Assembly: GCA_016288355.1 (NCBI GenBank)
Contig: JAEEYY010000216.1
Span: forward strand, 1-32,309
DNA length: 32,309 nucleotides
Direction of reading: 5' to 3'
DNA from: Synergistes sp.
GTDB taxonomy: Bacteria > Synergistota > Synergistia > Synergistales > Synergistaceae
The notes below the pieces were generated by a model. That model was not told where the DNA came from. It worked only from the letters and a program-made list of their open reading frames with translations, and searched no databases. Positions 1 through 8,394 of this stretch are shown in pieces. Both the position numbers and the translations under genes were made by a program. Each line of letters opens with the position of its first letter. Position 1 is the first letter of the stretch.

Positions 1-1
1 A

Positions 2-496
2 TGGATAACGGATGCTTTCGGCGGAAAGAGCTATCCGGATGAACGGGCAGACTGTGAAGCGGCCTTATCCGTTGACTTGTCGCAGAGACCGGACGCGCTG
101 TGGCTGTGGGGCTTCTCTCTCGGAGGCATAATCGCGCTTGACATAGCGGCCTCTCATGCGGTGGACAGGGTAATATTAAGCGGTACCGGGCTCGTAGCCG
201 TGCCGGAGGCCGAACGGGATATGATACCTCTTCCGATACTTTCCACGCTGCGCGCAAATACCTCCGAGGAGATGCTGGGCAGGATAAAGTCGCGCGATGT
301 GGTCCTCTTCCGCGGTACCTGTGACGAGATATTCTCCGAAGCTGCATGTCTTAAGATGCTTTCCTCGATAAAGCTGCCGGAAAAGAACAAGAAGTATTTC
401 CCAATAGAAGGCGCCGATCACTCGCTCAGGATGCGCTGCGGACGTCGTGACCAGACGATCATGGACGAGATGCTTGATCTGCTGCTGGGCGTATGA
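2..496 (+). CDS. Alpha/beta-fold hydrolase, 5'-truncated by the window edge
   Basis: Frame is open from base 2 (WITDAFGGKSYP...). G-F-S-L-G nucleophile elbow, candidate acid in GTCDE and His in EGADH. Stop TGA overlaps the next ATG (ATGA 493-496). Confidence 0.8.
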   Translation, partial: WITDAFGGKSYPDERADCEAALSVDLSQRPDALWLWGFSLGGIIALDIAASHAVDRVILSGTGLVAVPEAERDMIPLPILSTLRANTSEEMLGRIKSRDVVLFRGTCDEIFSEAACLKMLSSIKLPEKNKKYFPIEGADHSLRMRCGRRDQTIMDEMLDLLLGV

Positions 497-1086
497 GAGC
501 TCTCTTCACGCGGGCGCTTGCCGCTTTTCTTATATTGCTTCTGTCATCGCTGCCGCTTTGCGCCGCCGTAGATTATCAGGAGCTTCAGGAAGAACCGCTG
601 GAGACGGCAATGAGAAAGCTGGCTTCTTCCGGCGGTATCGACTGGGACAGGGAAGAGATGCTGACAGGCGGCGCACCCGACCTGGTGAAAGATATGAAGT
701 GGCCGCTCGCAAGCTGTACCTTGAGCCGCGGTTTCAGGCGGGGAGGCCATGCCGGGCTTGATCTGCTGTCGCCGAAAGGGACTCCGATATATGCTGTACT
801 CGACGGGATCGTTGAGATCGTTTCCGACGGAGGTCCCGGCTTCCGCGGCTACGGCAAGGTGATAGTGATCAACCACGGCGGAAAGCTGTGGACGCTGTAT
901 TCCCACAATACGACCAACAACGTCAAGGTCGGCCAGCGCGTCAAACAGGGCGATATGATCGCTACCGTCGGCATGACAGGACGCGCAACGACCAACCACC
1001 TGCATTTTGAAGTGAGAAATTCAAAGGGAGCGCCTTTGGATCCCCTGAAATACCTGCCGGTAAGCATCGCTGTCAGAAAGCGCTGA
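493..1086 (+). CDS. M23-family zinc metallopeptidase (peptidoglycan endopeptidase-like) with signal peptide
   Basis: HAGLD (HxxxD) and HLHFE (HxH) motifs, GYGKVIVINHG...YSH, VKVGQRVKQG; hydrophobic N-terminus. Confidence 0.9.
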   Translation: MRALFTRALAAFLILLLSSLPLCAAVDYQELQEEPLETAMRKLASSGGIDWDREEMLTGGAPDLVKDMKWPLASCTLSRGFRRGGHAGLDLLSPKGTPIYAVLDGIVEIVSDGGPGFRGYGKVIVINHGGKLWTLYSHNTTNNVKVGQRVKQGDMIATVGMTGRATTNHLHFEVRNSKGAPLDPLKYLPVSIAVRKR

Positions 1087-1152
1087 TTACTCAGCGCCGG
1101 ATGCCTGTCTGCGGTAATATCCAAAGAATACTTTTCTATGTAAGGAGCCTCT

Positions 1153-2328
1153 GTGATGACTGCGAACCGACGCAATGTCTTTATTCTTTTTATCGCTGTT
1201 TTTGCCGCTCTCATCATGCCGGACAGATGCATAGTGCCCGCTTCGGCGTCTGAAGTACGAAACGCCGAAGAGCTGCTTGCTTCGATGACTCTCAGACAGA
1301 AGGTCGGACAGCTGTTCGTGATACGGCCGGACCAGCTGGATAAGAAACTCACGCTTGATGAGATCCACGACCCCAATGCTCAGGGGGTCAAAGAGCTGAC
1401 GGAAGATATGAAAGAGGTTTTAATGCGGTATCCTGCCGGCGGCTTCGCGCTGTTCGGGAAAAACATCGCCTCTCCCGGGCAGCTTAAACGATTTACGTCT
1501 GAGCTTGCGGCTGCCTGTGCCGCGGCGCCTCTTGTCGCCGTGGACGAGGAGGGCGGCAGAGTGGCCCGCATCGCAAACAGCGAGGGCTTTGACGTCCCGC
1601 GCTTTGAAAGCATGCAGGCGCTCGGAGCGGACGGCAGTACCCGCAGAGTGCGGGAGGCGGCATCCGCGATCGGCGCATATATCAGAGAATACGGCTTTAA
1701 TATGGATCTTGCGCCCGTTGCGGATGTAAATATAAATCCGGAGAACATCGTGATAGGAAACAGGGCCTTCGGCAGCGATCCTTCCGTGGTATCCGCGATG
1801 GTGAGCGCGTACCTTGACGGTCTTCATGAACAGGGAGTAGCCGGGAGCTTAAAGCATTTTCCGGGGCACGGCGATACCAGGGACGACACCCATACCGGTC
1901 TTGTCGCGGTCGACAAGAGCTGGGACGCTCTGCTTGACGCCGAGCTGATTCCGTTCCGGGATAATTTTGATAAGGCCGATACTGTGATGGTATCGCATAT
2001 AACGCTTAAAAACGTGACTGATGACGGACTGCCGGCGTCGCTCTCCGAAGAGCTGATAGCCGGTAGATTAAGAAAAGAGTTGGGGTACGGCGGCGCTGTG
2101 ATAACGGACGCGCTTTCGATGGGCGCGATAAGGGAGGCGCATTCATCAGCCGAAGCAGCAGTGCTTGCGCTCAAGGCGGGGTGTGATATCCTGCTGATGC
2201 CCTGGGATTATATCAGTGCTTTCAACGGAGTGCTCCGGGCCGTTTATGACGGCAGCATATCAGAGGCCGTGCTTGACGAGAGCGTAATGCGGATACTGAA
2301 GCTCAAAGAAAGAGTGACCTGCCGGTAA
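1153..2328 (+). CDS. nagZ: GH3 beta-N-acetylhexosaminidase (NagZ-type), predicted exported
   Basis: VDEEGGRVAR, KHFPGHGDTRDDTH (NagZ signature), ITDALSMGA nucleophile region. AAGGAG RBS at 1142-1147 (start GTG 1153 or ATG 1156). N-terminal hydrophobic segment. Confidence 0.85.
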   Translation: MMTANRRNVFILFIAVFAALIMPDRCIVPASASEVRNAEELLASMTLRQKVGQLFVIRPDQLDKKLTLDEIHDPNAQGVKELTEDMKEVLMRYPAGGFALFGKNIASPGQLKRFTSELAAACAAAPLVAVDEEGGRVARIANSEGFDVPRFESMQALGADGSTRRVREAASAIGAYIREYGFNMDLAPVADVNINPENIVIGNRAFGSDPSVVSAMVSAYLDGLHEQGVAGSLKHFPGHGDTRDDTHTGLVAVDKSWDALLDAELIPFRDNFDKADTVMVSHITLKNVTDDGLPASLSEELIAGRLRKELGYGGAVITDALSMGAIREAHSSAEAAVLALKAGCDILLMPWDYISAFNGVLRAVYDGSISEAVLDESVMRILKLKERVTCR

Positions 2329-2363
2329 AACAGGCAGAGCCGGCCGCCGGGGCCCTTTTTCTC

Positions 2364-2372
2364 TGTTATAAT
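2364..2372 (+). promoter_or_regulatory. Putative extended -10 promoter (TGtTATAAT) for the ModD-like gene
   Basis: TG-n-TATAAT in the intergenic region, embedded in the imperfect inverted repeat CTGTTATAATTGCAACAG. Confidence 0.45.
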
Positions 2373-2510
2373 TGCAACAGATGAATTTCTGATACGCTGA
2401 ACAAATAGATTGCCCGCCGGTTGAATAAAAGCCTCTGCACTGCGCGCCGCAGTGATAAAAACGGAACGGGGCGGCGCCCGATGATGAAAAGTCCAAAAGG
2501 AGGAATGAGC

Positions 2511-3347
2511 ATGTTCTATATCTCCGACAAATACCTGGAAGAGCTGATACAGGAAGACCTGCAGCATATGGATGCAACAGTCATGGCGATGGGGATAGAA
2601 AACGCCCCGGGCGCAGTGACATGCTTCCCGAAAAATGACTGCATAGCAGCCGGCGTCGAAGAGGCCGTCCGCATATTTGAGAAGTGCGGGGCAAAAGCGG
2701 AGATCAGGAAACCATCCGGTTCGCCGCTGCGCGCGGGCGAAGTCTTTCTTTCCGCAAGCGGCAGCGCGGGACAGCTGCACGCATGCTACAAGCTTGCGCA
2801 GAACCTGATGGAATATATGTCCGGCATCGCGACGCGCACCGCCAAAATGCTTGCCGCGGCCCGCGCAGCAAATCCTAAGGTCCTTCTCTCCGTAACGCGC
2901 AAGCACTTCCCCGGTACAAAGGCTCTTTCGCTGAAAGCGGCGATCGCGGGCGGCGCTGCGCCCCACCGCCTGGGGCTTTCAGATTCGATACTGGTCTTTG
3001 ACCAGCACCGTGTTTTCACAGATGACTTTTTCTCGCTGATTCCCAAAATGGCGGCAGCCTTTCCCGAAAAGAAAATAGCGGCGGAAGCCGAGGACGGTTA
3101 CGAAGCGCTTTCTTTCCTGCGTGCCGGCGCCGATATGGTCCAGTGCGAGCGCTTTTCTCCTGCCGAGCTTGCCGCTTTTGTTGAAGAGGCGCGCGCTAAA
3201 TTCCCTAAGGCAGTTATCGCAGCGGCCGGGGGAATCAACGGCTCAAACGCGGCGGAATACGCCGCGACAGGAGTCGACGTCCTGATAACGTCCTGGGTCT
3301 ATTTCGGGAAGCCCGAGGATATAAAGGTCAAGTTCAGCAGGGTATAA
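2511..3347 (+). CDS. modD: ModD-like protein (quinolinate phosphoribosyltransferase/NadC fold)
   Basis: SGIATRT, VTRKHFPG, HRLGLSDSILVFDQH, AAGGIN...TGVD motifs. AGGAGG RBS at 2498-2503 favours ATG 2511 over the 2421 ORF start. Confidence 0.8.
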   Translation: MFYISDKYLEELIQEDLQHMDATVMAMGIENAPGAVTCFPKNDCIAAGVEEAVRIFEKCGAKAEIRKPSGSPLRAGEVFLSASGSAGQLHACYKLAQNLMEYMSGIATRTAKMLAAARAANPKVLLSVTRKHFPGTKALSLKAAIAGGAAPHRLGLSDSILVFDQHRVFTDDFFSLIPKMAAAFPEKKIAAEAEDGYEALSFLRAGADMVQCERFSPAELAAFVEEARAKFPKAVIAAAGGINGSNAAEYAATGVDVLITSWVYFGKPEDIKVKFSRV

Positions 3348-3380
3348 AGTTTCTTTTGTTTTATTGACAGCAATGCCGTG

Positions 3381-3417
3381 GCGGAGTTCCTTTGCCGGAG
3401 CTCCGCTTTAAGTTTTT
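3381..3417 (+). terminator. Rho-independent terminator after modD
   Basis: GCGGAGTTCC/GGAGCTCCGC 10-bp stem (one G-U) followed by TTTAAGTTTTT. Confidence 0.7.
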
Positions 3418-3449
3418 GTTATGTTGCTGTTGCTGCTGTTTTTGGCGGA

Positions 3450-3478
3450 TTTACTTTGATCTGCCGCTGCATTATAAT
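3450..3478 (+). promoter_or_regulatory. Sigma70-type promoter for azlCD
   Basis: TTTACT-17 bp-TATAAT, 27 nt upstream of the azlC ATG. Confidence 0.6.
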
Positions 3479-3505
3479 TTTCCGAAATTCGCAGGAGAGG
3501 CCGTA

Positions 3506-4219
3506 ATGGGGATTTCTCAGAAGACAAAGAGAGCTTTTAAATGTGCGCTAAGGGATACGGTTCCAGTCATGATTGCCTTTGTCGTGCTTGGTATCGGTTA
3601 CGGCATACTTATGCGCAGCAAGGGCATCGGGTGGGCCTGGCCGGGGGTCATGAGCCTCGTTATCTTTGCCGGGTCGATGCAGTATGTCTCTGTCGAACTG
3701 ATATCGAACGGGGCTTCCCTGCTTTCCGCCGCGCTTATGACGCTTGCGGTAAACTTCCGGCACCTTTTTTACGGCGTATCGATGCTTGAAAAATATAAAA
3801 ATATGGGAGCGAGAAAACCGGTGCTGATATTCGGACTCTGCGACGAGACCTTCTCTCTCGTTTGCTCCGCCGATATGCCGGATGACGTTTCTATCGGAGA
3901 TTATTATCTTTTTGTCACGCTTCTTAATATATCCTACTGGGTCGCCGGCAGTTTCACCGGCAGCCTTATAGGAGCCGCGCTCCGCTTTGATACTAAGGGC
4001 ATAGATTTTGCAATGACGGCTCTGTTTGCGGTCATATTCGCAGAACAGTGGGAGAAGACGAAAGATCATATCCCGGCGCTGACAGGGCTTGTGCTTTCCG
4101 CCCTGTCGCTTCTTTTCTTCGGCTCGTCTCATTTTCTTATCCCGGCGCTGCTTTTGATCACAGCCGCGCTGTTCGCCGAAAAGGGGCTTATTGAAAGGAG
4201 AAGGAGCGATGCGGAATAA
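3506..4219 (+). CDS. azlC: AzlC-family branched-chain amino acid exporter, large subunit
   Basis: FAGSMQY, VNFRHLFYG, LCDETFS, GIDFAMTALF motifs. AGGAGAGG RBS before ATG 3506. Confidence 0.9.
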   Translation: MGISQKTKRAFKCALRDTVPVMIAFVVLGIGYGILMRSKGIGWAWPGVMSLVIFAGSMQYVSVELISNGASLLSAALMTLAVNFRHLFYGVSMLEKYKNMGARKPVLIFGLCDETFSLVCSADMPDDVSIGDYYLFVTLLNISYWVAGSFTGSLIGAALRFDTKGIDFAMTALFAVIFAEQWEKTKDHIPALTGLVLSALSLLFFGSSHFLIPALLLITAALFAEKGLIERRRSDAE

Positions 4220-4535
4220 CGTGTATCTCTTATCGATGATGCTCGTCATAGCCGCGGTGACGATGCTTACGCGCTTTCTTCCTTTTATGCTCTTCCGCAG
4301 GAAGACGCCGCCCGCTGTCATCTACCTGAGCGGCGTGCTGCCGTACGCGATAGTATCGATGCTTGTCGTCTACTGCCTGAAAAACGTATCGCTGATATCC
4401 GCTCCGCACGGGCTTCCGGAAGCTCTGTCGCTTGCTGCTGTCATTTTCGTGCACAGGCTCAGACACAACATGCTGATATCCGTGCTGGGCGGGACTCTTC
4501 TGTATATGTGGCTCGTGCAGTCTGTATTTGCGTGA
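4209..4535 (+). CDS. azlD: AzlD-family branched-chain amino acid exporter, small subunit
   Basis: TRFLPF, LPYAIVSMLVVYCLK, GGTLLYM; overlaps the azlC end; AAGGAG RBS. Confidence 0.88.
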   Translation: MRNNVYLLSMMLVIAAVTMLTRFLPFMLFRRKTPPAVIYLSGVLPYAIVSMLVVYCLKNVSLISAPHGLPEALSLAAVIFVHRLRHNMLISVLGGTLLYMWLVQSVFA

Positions 4536-4661
4536 CGGTCTTTGCCTGTGTCCCGTCACGCTGCAGCGCCTGGTCTCAGAGTTGTATGCGGCGCAGTGTC
4601 AGTGGGACGCAGTCCTGCCGGACCTCTCCGGCAGAAGAACAGAAGCTCCGTTTTTTCATAT

Positions 4662-4692
4662 AAAAAAGCCGGGGGTCTCTGTCCCCCGGCTT
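4662..4692 (-). terminator. Intrinsic terminator of the mutase/decarboxylase operon
   Basis: AAGCCGGGGG/CCCCCGGCTT perfect stem with an A6 tract (U-tract on the minus strand). Confidence 0.75.
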
Positions 4693-4720
4693 AAGATCTG
4701 CTGTTTTGCAGCCGATGCGC

Positions 4721-5845
4721 TTACTTCGAAAGCAGCGTGAGCATTGCTCCGGCCGCGACAGCCGTGCCGATGACTCCGGCCACGTTTGGTCCCATCGCGT
4801 GCATAAGGATGTAGCTGCCCGGGAATTCCTTTGAGATGACCTTCTGGCAGACACGGGCTGCCATAGGAACAGCGGAAACACCGGCCGCACCGATGATGGG
4901 GTTGATCTTGCCTCCGGAGAGGATCTTCATGATCTGTCCGAAGAGAGTGCCGCCGGCCGTGCTGAATATGAAGGCCACGAGACCGAGGCAGATGATCTTT
5001 ATCGTTGCCACTGTGAGGAAGGACTCAGCGCTCATCGTAGCGCCGACGGATATTCCGAGGAATATCGTGGTCGCGTTCAGCACTTCATTCTGCGCCGCGA
5101 GCGAAAGACGCTCGGTGCAGCCGCATTCGCGCATCAGGTTGCCGAACATCAGCATCCCGACAAGGGGGACCGACGCCGGAAGAACGAGTCCGCAGGCGAT
5201 CGTGGAAACGATCGGGAAGAGTATCTTTTCCGTACGGGTGACGGGGCGAAGCTGCTCCATCTTTATCGCACGGTCTTTCTTTGTTGTGAGAAGCTTGATC
5301 ACCGGCGGCTGGATAAGCGGCACCAGCGACATGTAGCTGTAGGCCGCGACCGCGACCGCAGGAAGGATTCCCTTTGCCAGCTTGGCGCAGAGGTAGATGG
5401 CGGTAGGACCGTCAGCTCCGCCTATGATGCCTATGCCGGCCGCTTCCTGGATCGTAAAGCCCATCAGCATTGCTCCTATGACAGCAAAGAAAACTCCCAG
5501 CTGTGCAGCCGCTCCGAGAAGGAAGGTTATCGGGTTGGCAAGCAGAGGGCCGAAATCGGTAAGCGCACCTATACCCATGAATATTATGACAGGGTAAAGC
5601 TCATGGTCGATGCCGAATTTTACAAAGTAAAGGAAGCCGCCCGGGTCGACGATGCCGGAAAGCGGCAGGTTGACGAGAAGGCATCCGAACGCGATAGGCA
5701 TGAGCAGAAGAGGCTCGAAGCCTTTCGCGATAGCGAGATAGAGCAGTATGAAGGCCACAAGCAGCATAATGAGCGTAGGCACATTAAGCGCTATGAACCC
5801 CGACTGTTCTACCACGCCCTTAAGCGCGGTAAGGTAAAGTTCCAT
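4721..5845 (-). CDS. mmdB: Na+-translocating decarboxylase beta subunit (methylmalonyl-CoA decarboxylase)
   Basis: FEPLLLMPI, GIIGGADGPTAI, AAYSYM, GVSAVPMAAR, HAMGPNVAGVIG: OadB/MmdB/GcdB family; operon context. Confidence 0.92.
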   Translation of the reverse strand: MELYLTALKGVVEQSGFIALNVPTLIMLLVAFILLYLAIAKGFEPLLLMPIAFGCLLVNLPLSGIVDPGGFLYFVKFGIDHELYPVIIFMGIGALTDFGPLLANPITFLLGAAAQLGVFFAVIGAMLMGFTIQEAAGIGIIGGADGPTAIYLCAKLAKGILPAVAVAAYSYMSLVPLIQPPVIKLLTTKKDRAIKMEQLRPVTRTEKILFPIVSTIACGLVLPASVPLVGMLMFGNLMRECGCTERLSLAAQNEVLNATTIFLGISVGATMSAESFLTVATIKIICLGLVAFIFSTAGGTLFGQIMKILSGGKINPIIGAAGVSAVPMAARVCQKVISKEFPGSYILMHAMGPNVAGVIGTAVAAGAMLTLLSK

Positions 5846-5882
5846 TCAGTTTTCCTCCCGGGGAAAGACTGGTTATATCAGG

Positions 5883-6278
5883 CTAAGCAACCACGAGGAG
5901 CGTGTCGCCTGTGCTGACCGTGTCTCCCTCTTTGCAGCAGAGCTGGGTGACTGTGCCGGCCGCCGCTGAGAAGATCTCGTTCTCCATCTTCATTGCTTCA
6001 AGGATGATTACCAGCTGACCGGCTGTGACTGCTGCGCCCTGGGTCACAAGGACCTTGAGGACTTTGCCGGGCATCGGAGCGGTGATCGCGCCTGCGCCTG
6101 CCGGAGCGGGTGCTGCCGCCGGAGCGGGTGCGGGAGCCGGAGCGGGTGCGGGAGCCGGAGCGGGTGCTGCTGCCGGAGCTGCTGCTGCGACCGGTGCCGC
6201 CGCTGCTGCTGCGCCCATCTCTTCAACATCTACATCATAAGCTTTTCCGTTTACGGTGATTCTGTATTTGCGTGACAT
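5883..6278 (-). CDS. mmdC: Biotin carboxyl carrier subunit of the decarboxylase
   Basis: EAMKMENEI biotinylation motif, Ala/Pro linker, N-terminal KYRITVNGKAYDVDVEE. GGAGG RBS supports ATG at 6278. Confidence 0.9.
   Translation of the reverse strand: MSRKYRITVNGKAYDVDVEEMGAAAAAAPVAAAAPAAAPAPAPAPAPAPAPAPAAAPAPAGAGAITAPMPGKVLKVLVTQGAAVTAGQLVIILEAMKMENEIFSAAAGTVTQLCCKEGDTVSTGDTLLVVA
6100..6171. repeat. Four tandem 18-bp repeats (GCCGGAGCGGGTGC-NNNN) encoding the Ala-Pro linker
   Basis: Units at 6100, 6118, 6136 and 6154; the middle two are identical; degenerate copies continue to about 6207. Confidence 0.85.
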
Positions 6279-6315
6279 CAGAAAAAGACCTCCTAAATTT
6301 GTTTGTCGATATGGC

Positions 6316-6708
6316 TTAGCAGCCTTCTGTATTCTGGAAGCGGCCGGCGTTTTTCCACGCTGTGGGGGCCGGAGCCTTGACCGGAGCAAAAGCGACAACG
6401 CGCGCCGTGGCGCCGCACGCTGCAGCGACAGCGGCCGATATTACTGCCAGCAGTTCGCCGTCGTCCGCTGCGGCGGCAGCCTGCGCTGCGGGAGCCGGAG
6501 CGGCCGGCGCAGCAGCAGGAGCTGCCTTCTGGACGGGAGCCGCGGCTTTGGCTTTGCCGACATTGTCTATCGCGTTGCAGACATGCTTCATTCCCATCAT
6601 GACGAACATCAGTCCCATGATGACGATGAAGACGATGCTGAACGCGATGCAGGACATTATCAGCCCGCCCGGGACCCCGACAAAGAATGAGCTTATCGAA
6701 CTCTGCAT
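6316..6708 (-). CDS. mmdD: OadG/MmdD-family membrane anchor subunit of the decarboxylase
   Basis: Single N-terminal TM helix, Ala/Pro linker, ELLAVISAAVAA and C-terminal AWKNAGR; lies between the carboxyltransferase and the biotin carrier. Confidence 0.85.
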   Translation of the reverse strand: MQSSISSFFVGVPGGLIMSCIAFSIVFIVIMGLMFVMMGMKHVCNAIDNVGKAKAAAPVQKAAPAAAPAAPAPAAQAAAAADDGELLAVISAAVAAACGATARVVAFAPVKAPAPTAWKNAGRFQNTEGC

Positions 6709-6726
6709 TGTCAGTGGCTCCCTGTA

Positions 6727-8286
6727 TTAGTTGGGCAGTATGCCGTGCTTGCGCTTCGGGCGCAGCTCGCTCTTGCTTTCTGTCATCAGAAGCGCCTGAT
6801 AAAGAGCAGGACGCGTCTCTTCGGGAAGGATGACGCGGTCTACAAAGCCGCGCTGTGCCGCGCGGTACGGGTTAGCGAAGGATTCTTTATATTCTTCGAT
6901 CTTTTCCGCTCTCTTTGCGACTTTGTCCTCCGCCGCTTCGATCTCCTTGCGGAAGATGATGTTCGCGGCGCCTTCGGCTCCCATGACCGCTATCTGGGCC
7001 TGCGGCCACGCAAGCACTACGTCTGCTCCGAGGTCTTTGCTGCACATACCGAGGTATGATCCGCCGTATGCCTTGCGCATGACTATCGTTATCTTCGGCG
7101 CCGTTGCTTCGCTGTAGGCGTAAAGCAGTTTTGCGCCGTGGCGGATTATGCCGCCCATCTCCTGCTTGAGTCCGGGAAGATATCCGGGAACGTCTTCGAA
7201 GGTGACGATGGGGATGTTGAACGCATCGCAGATGCGGATATGGCGGCTTGCTTTATCGGAAGCGTCTATGTCAAGGCAGCCGGCCATGAATTTGGCCTGG
7301 TTGGCGATGATGCCGATAACGCGTCCTCCGACTCTGGCAAATCCGGTGACGATATTCAGCGCGTAGAGTTCCTGAACTTCGCAGAAGTCGCCGTTGTCAA
7401 CGACCTTCCTGATAACGTCGCGGACGTCGTAGCCACGGTTCGGGTTCGTCGGGACTATGTTGCGGAGATCCGCATCCATGCGTGCGGGATCGTCGCCGGT
7501 CTCTTTGAAGGGAGGCTCTTCCATGTTGTTGCTGGGAAGGAAGCTCATCACTCTGCGGACCTGCGCGTAGCATTCCGCTTCGGTCGCCGCGAAGAAGTGG
7601 GCGCATCCCGAAGTCGAGTTGTGGGCGCGCGCGCCGCCGATCTGCTCGGAGGTCACGTCTTCGCCGGTCACGGATTTGATGACCTGGGGTCCTGTGATGT
7701 GCATGATGCCGATCTTGTCGACCATGAAGATGAAGTCGGTAAGGGCCGGGCTGTAAACGGCGCCGCCGGCGCAGGGACCCGCTATTATCGAAAACTGCGG
7801 GATAACTCCGCTTGCCTTAACGTTGCGGAAGAATATCTTGCCGTAGCCGGAAAGAGCGTCTACCGCTTCCTGGATGCGTGCTCCGCCGGAGTCGTTGATG
7901 CCGATGCAGGGGGCTCCGTTGGTCAGCGCAAGGTCAAGTACCTTGCATATCTTCTGAGCGTGCATCTCGCCGAGTGAACCGCCCATTACAGTGAAGTCCT
8001 GGCTGAATACGTAGACTATGCGTCCGTCTATCGTGCCGTAGCCGGTGACAACGCCGTCGCCGAGGAACGTTGTTTTGTCAAGACCGAAGTTGGTGCAGCG
8101 GTGTTCGACAAATTCATCGATCTCCACGAAGCTGCCGGGGTCAAGAACTGCGTCGATGCGCTCGCGTGCCGTCATCTTGCCTTTGTCATGCTGCTTGGCG
8201 ATGGCTTTTTCGCCGCCGCCGAGAGAAGCTTTTTCGCGTCTGGCAAGGAGAGCAGCACACAGTTCGTCGATCGTTTTGTCCGCCAT
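6727..8286 (-). CDS. mmdA: Acyl-CoA carboxyltransferase (methylmalonyl-CoA decarboxylase alpha subunit)
   Basis: GKMTARERI, DSGGARIQE, GPCAGGAVYSPA, DVPGYLPG, RKAYGG, KHG..P; GAGGAGG RBS. Confidence 0.92.
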   Translation of the reverse strand: MADKTIDELCAALLARREKASLGGGEKAIAKQHDKGKMTARERIDAVLDPGSFVEIDEFVEHRCTNFGLDKTTFLGDGVVTGYGTIDGRIVYVFSQDFTVMGGSLGEMHAQKICKVLDLALTNGAPCIGINDSGGARIQEAVDALSGYGKIFFRNVKASGVIPQFSIIAGPCAGGAVYSPALTDFIFMVDKIGIMHITGPQVIKSVTGEDVTSEQIGGARAHNSTSGCAHFFAATEAECYAQVRRVMSFLPSNNMEEPPFKETGDDPARMDADLRNIVPTNPNRGYDVRDVIRKVVDNGDFCEVQELYALNIVTGFARVGGRVIGIIANQAKFMAGCLDIDASDKASRHIRICDAFNIPIVTFEDVPGYLPGLKQEMGGIIRHGAKLLYAYSEATAPKITIVMRKAYGGSYLGMCSKDLGADVVLAWPQAQIAVMGAEGAANIIFRKEIEAAEDKVAKRAEKIEEYKESFANPYRAAQRGFVDRVILPEETRPALYQALLMTESKSELRPKRKHGILPN

Positions 8287-8314
8287 AAAATCTTTACCTC
8301 CTCATAATTTCTAT

Positions 8315-8384
8315 GGCGTGAACACCATAAGGGTGCTCACGCCCGCATTACCTATACGGGGCAGCCGGTGCTGCCTGGCCGTAT
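8315..8384 (-). other. Two intercistronic stem-loops between mce and mmdA
   Basis: 8315-8343 forms a 12-bp stem on the minus-strand RNA (one G-U). 8354-8384 forms ATACGG+GGCAGC stems with a bulge. No U-tract. Confidence 0.6.
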
Positions 8385-8394
8385 CTTTACAGAA

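Noticed and set aside
2410-2440. Resemblance of GAATAAAAGCC to the ykkC-type riboswitch 3' tail, or a Moco riboswitch upstream of modD
   Set aside because: The conserved core elements of those motifs are not present.
3392-3505. N-terminal extension of azlC containing CCCCCC
   Set aside because: It translates the terminator/promoter region (TGY repeats); the RBS supports ATG 3506.
6100-6207. Tandem repeats as a CRISPR array
   Set aside because: No spacers, in-frame within a coding linker, and no cas genes.
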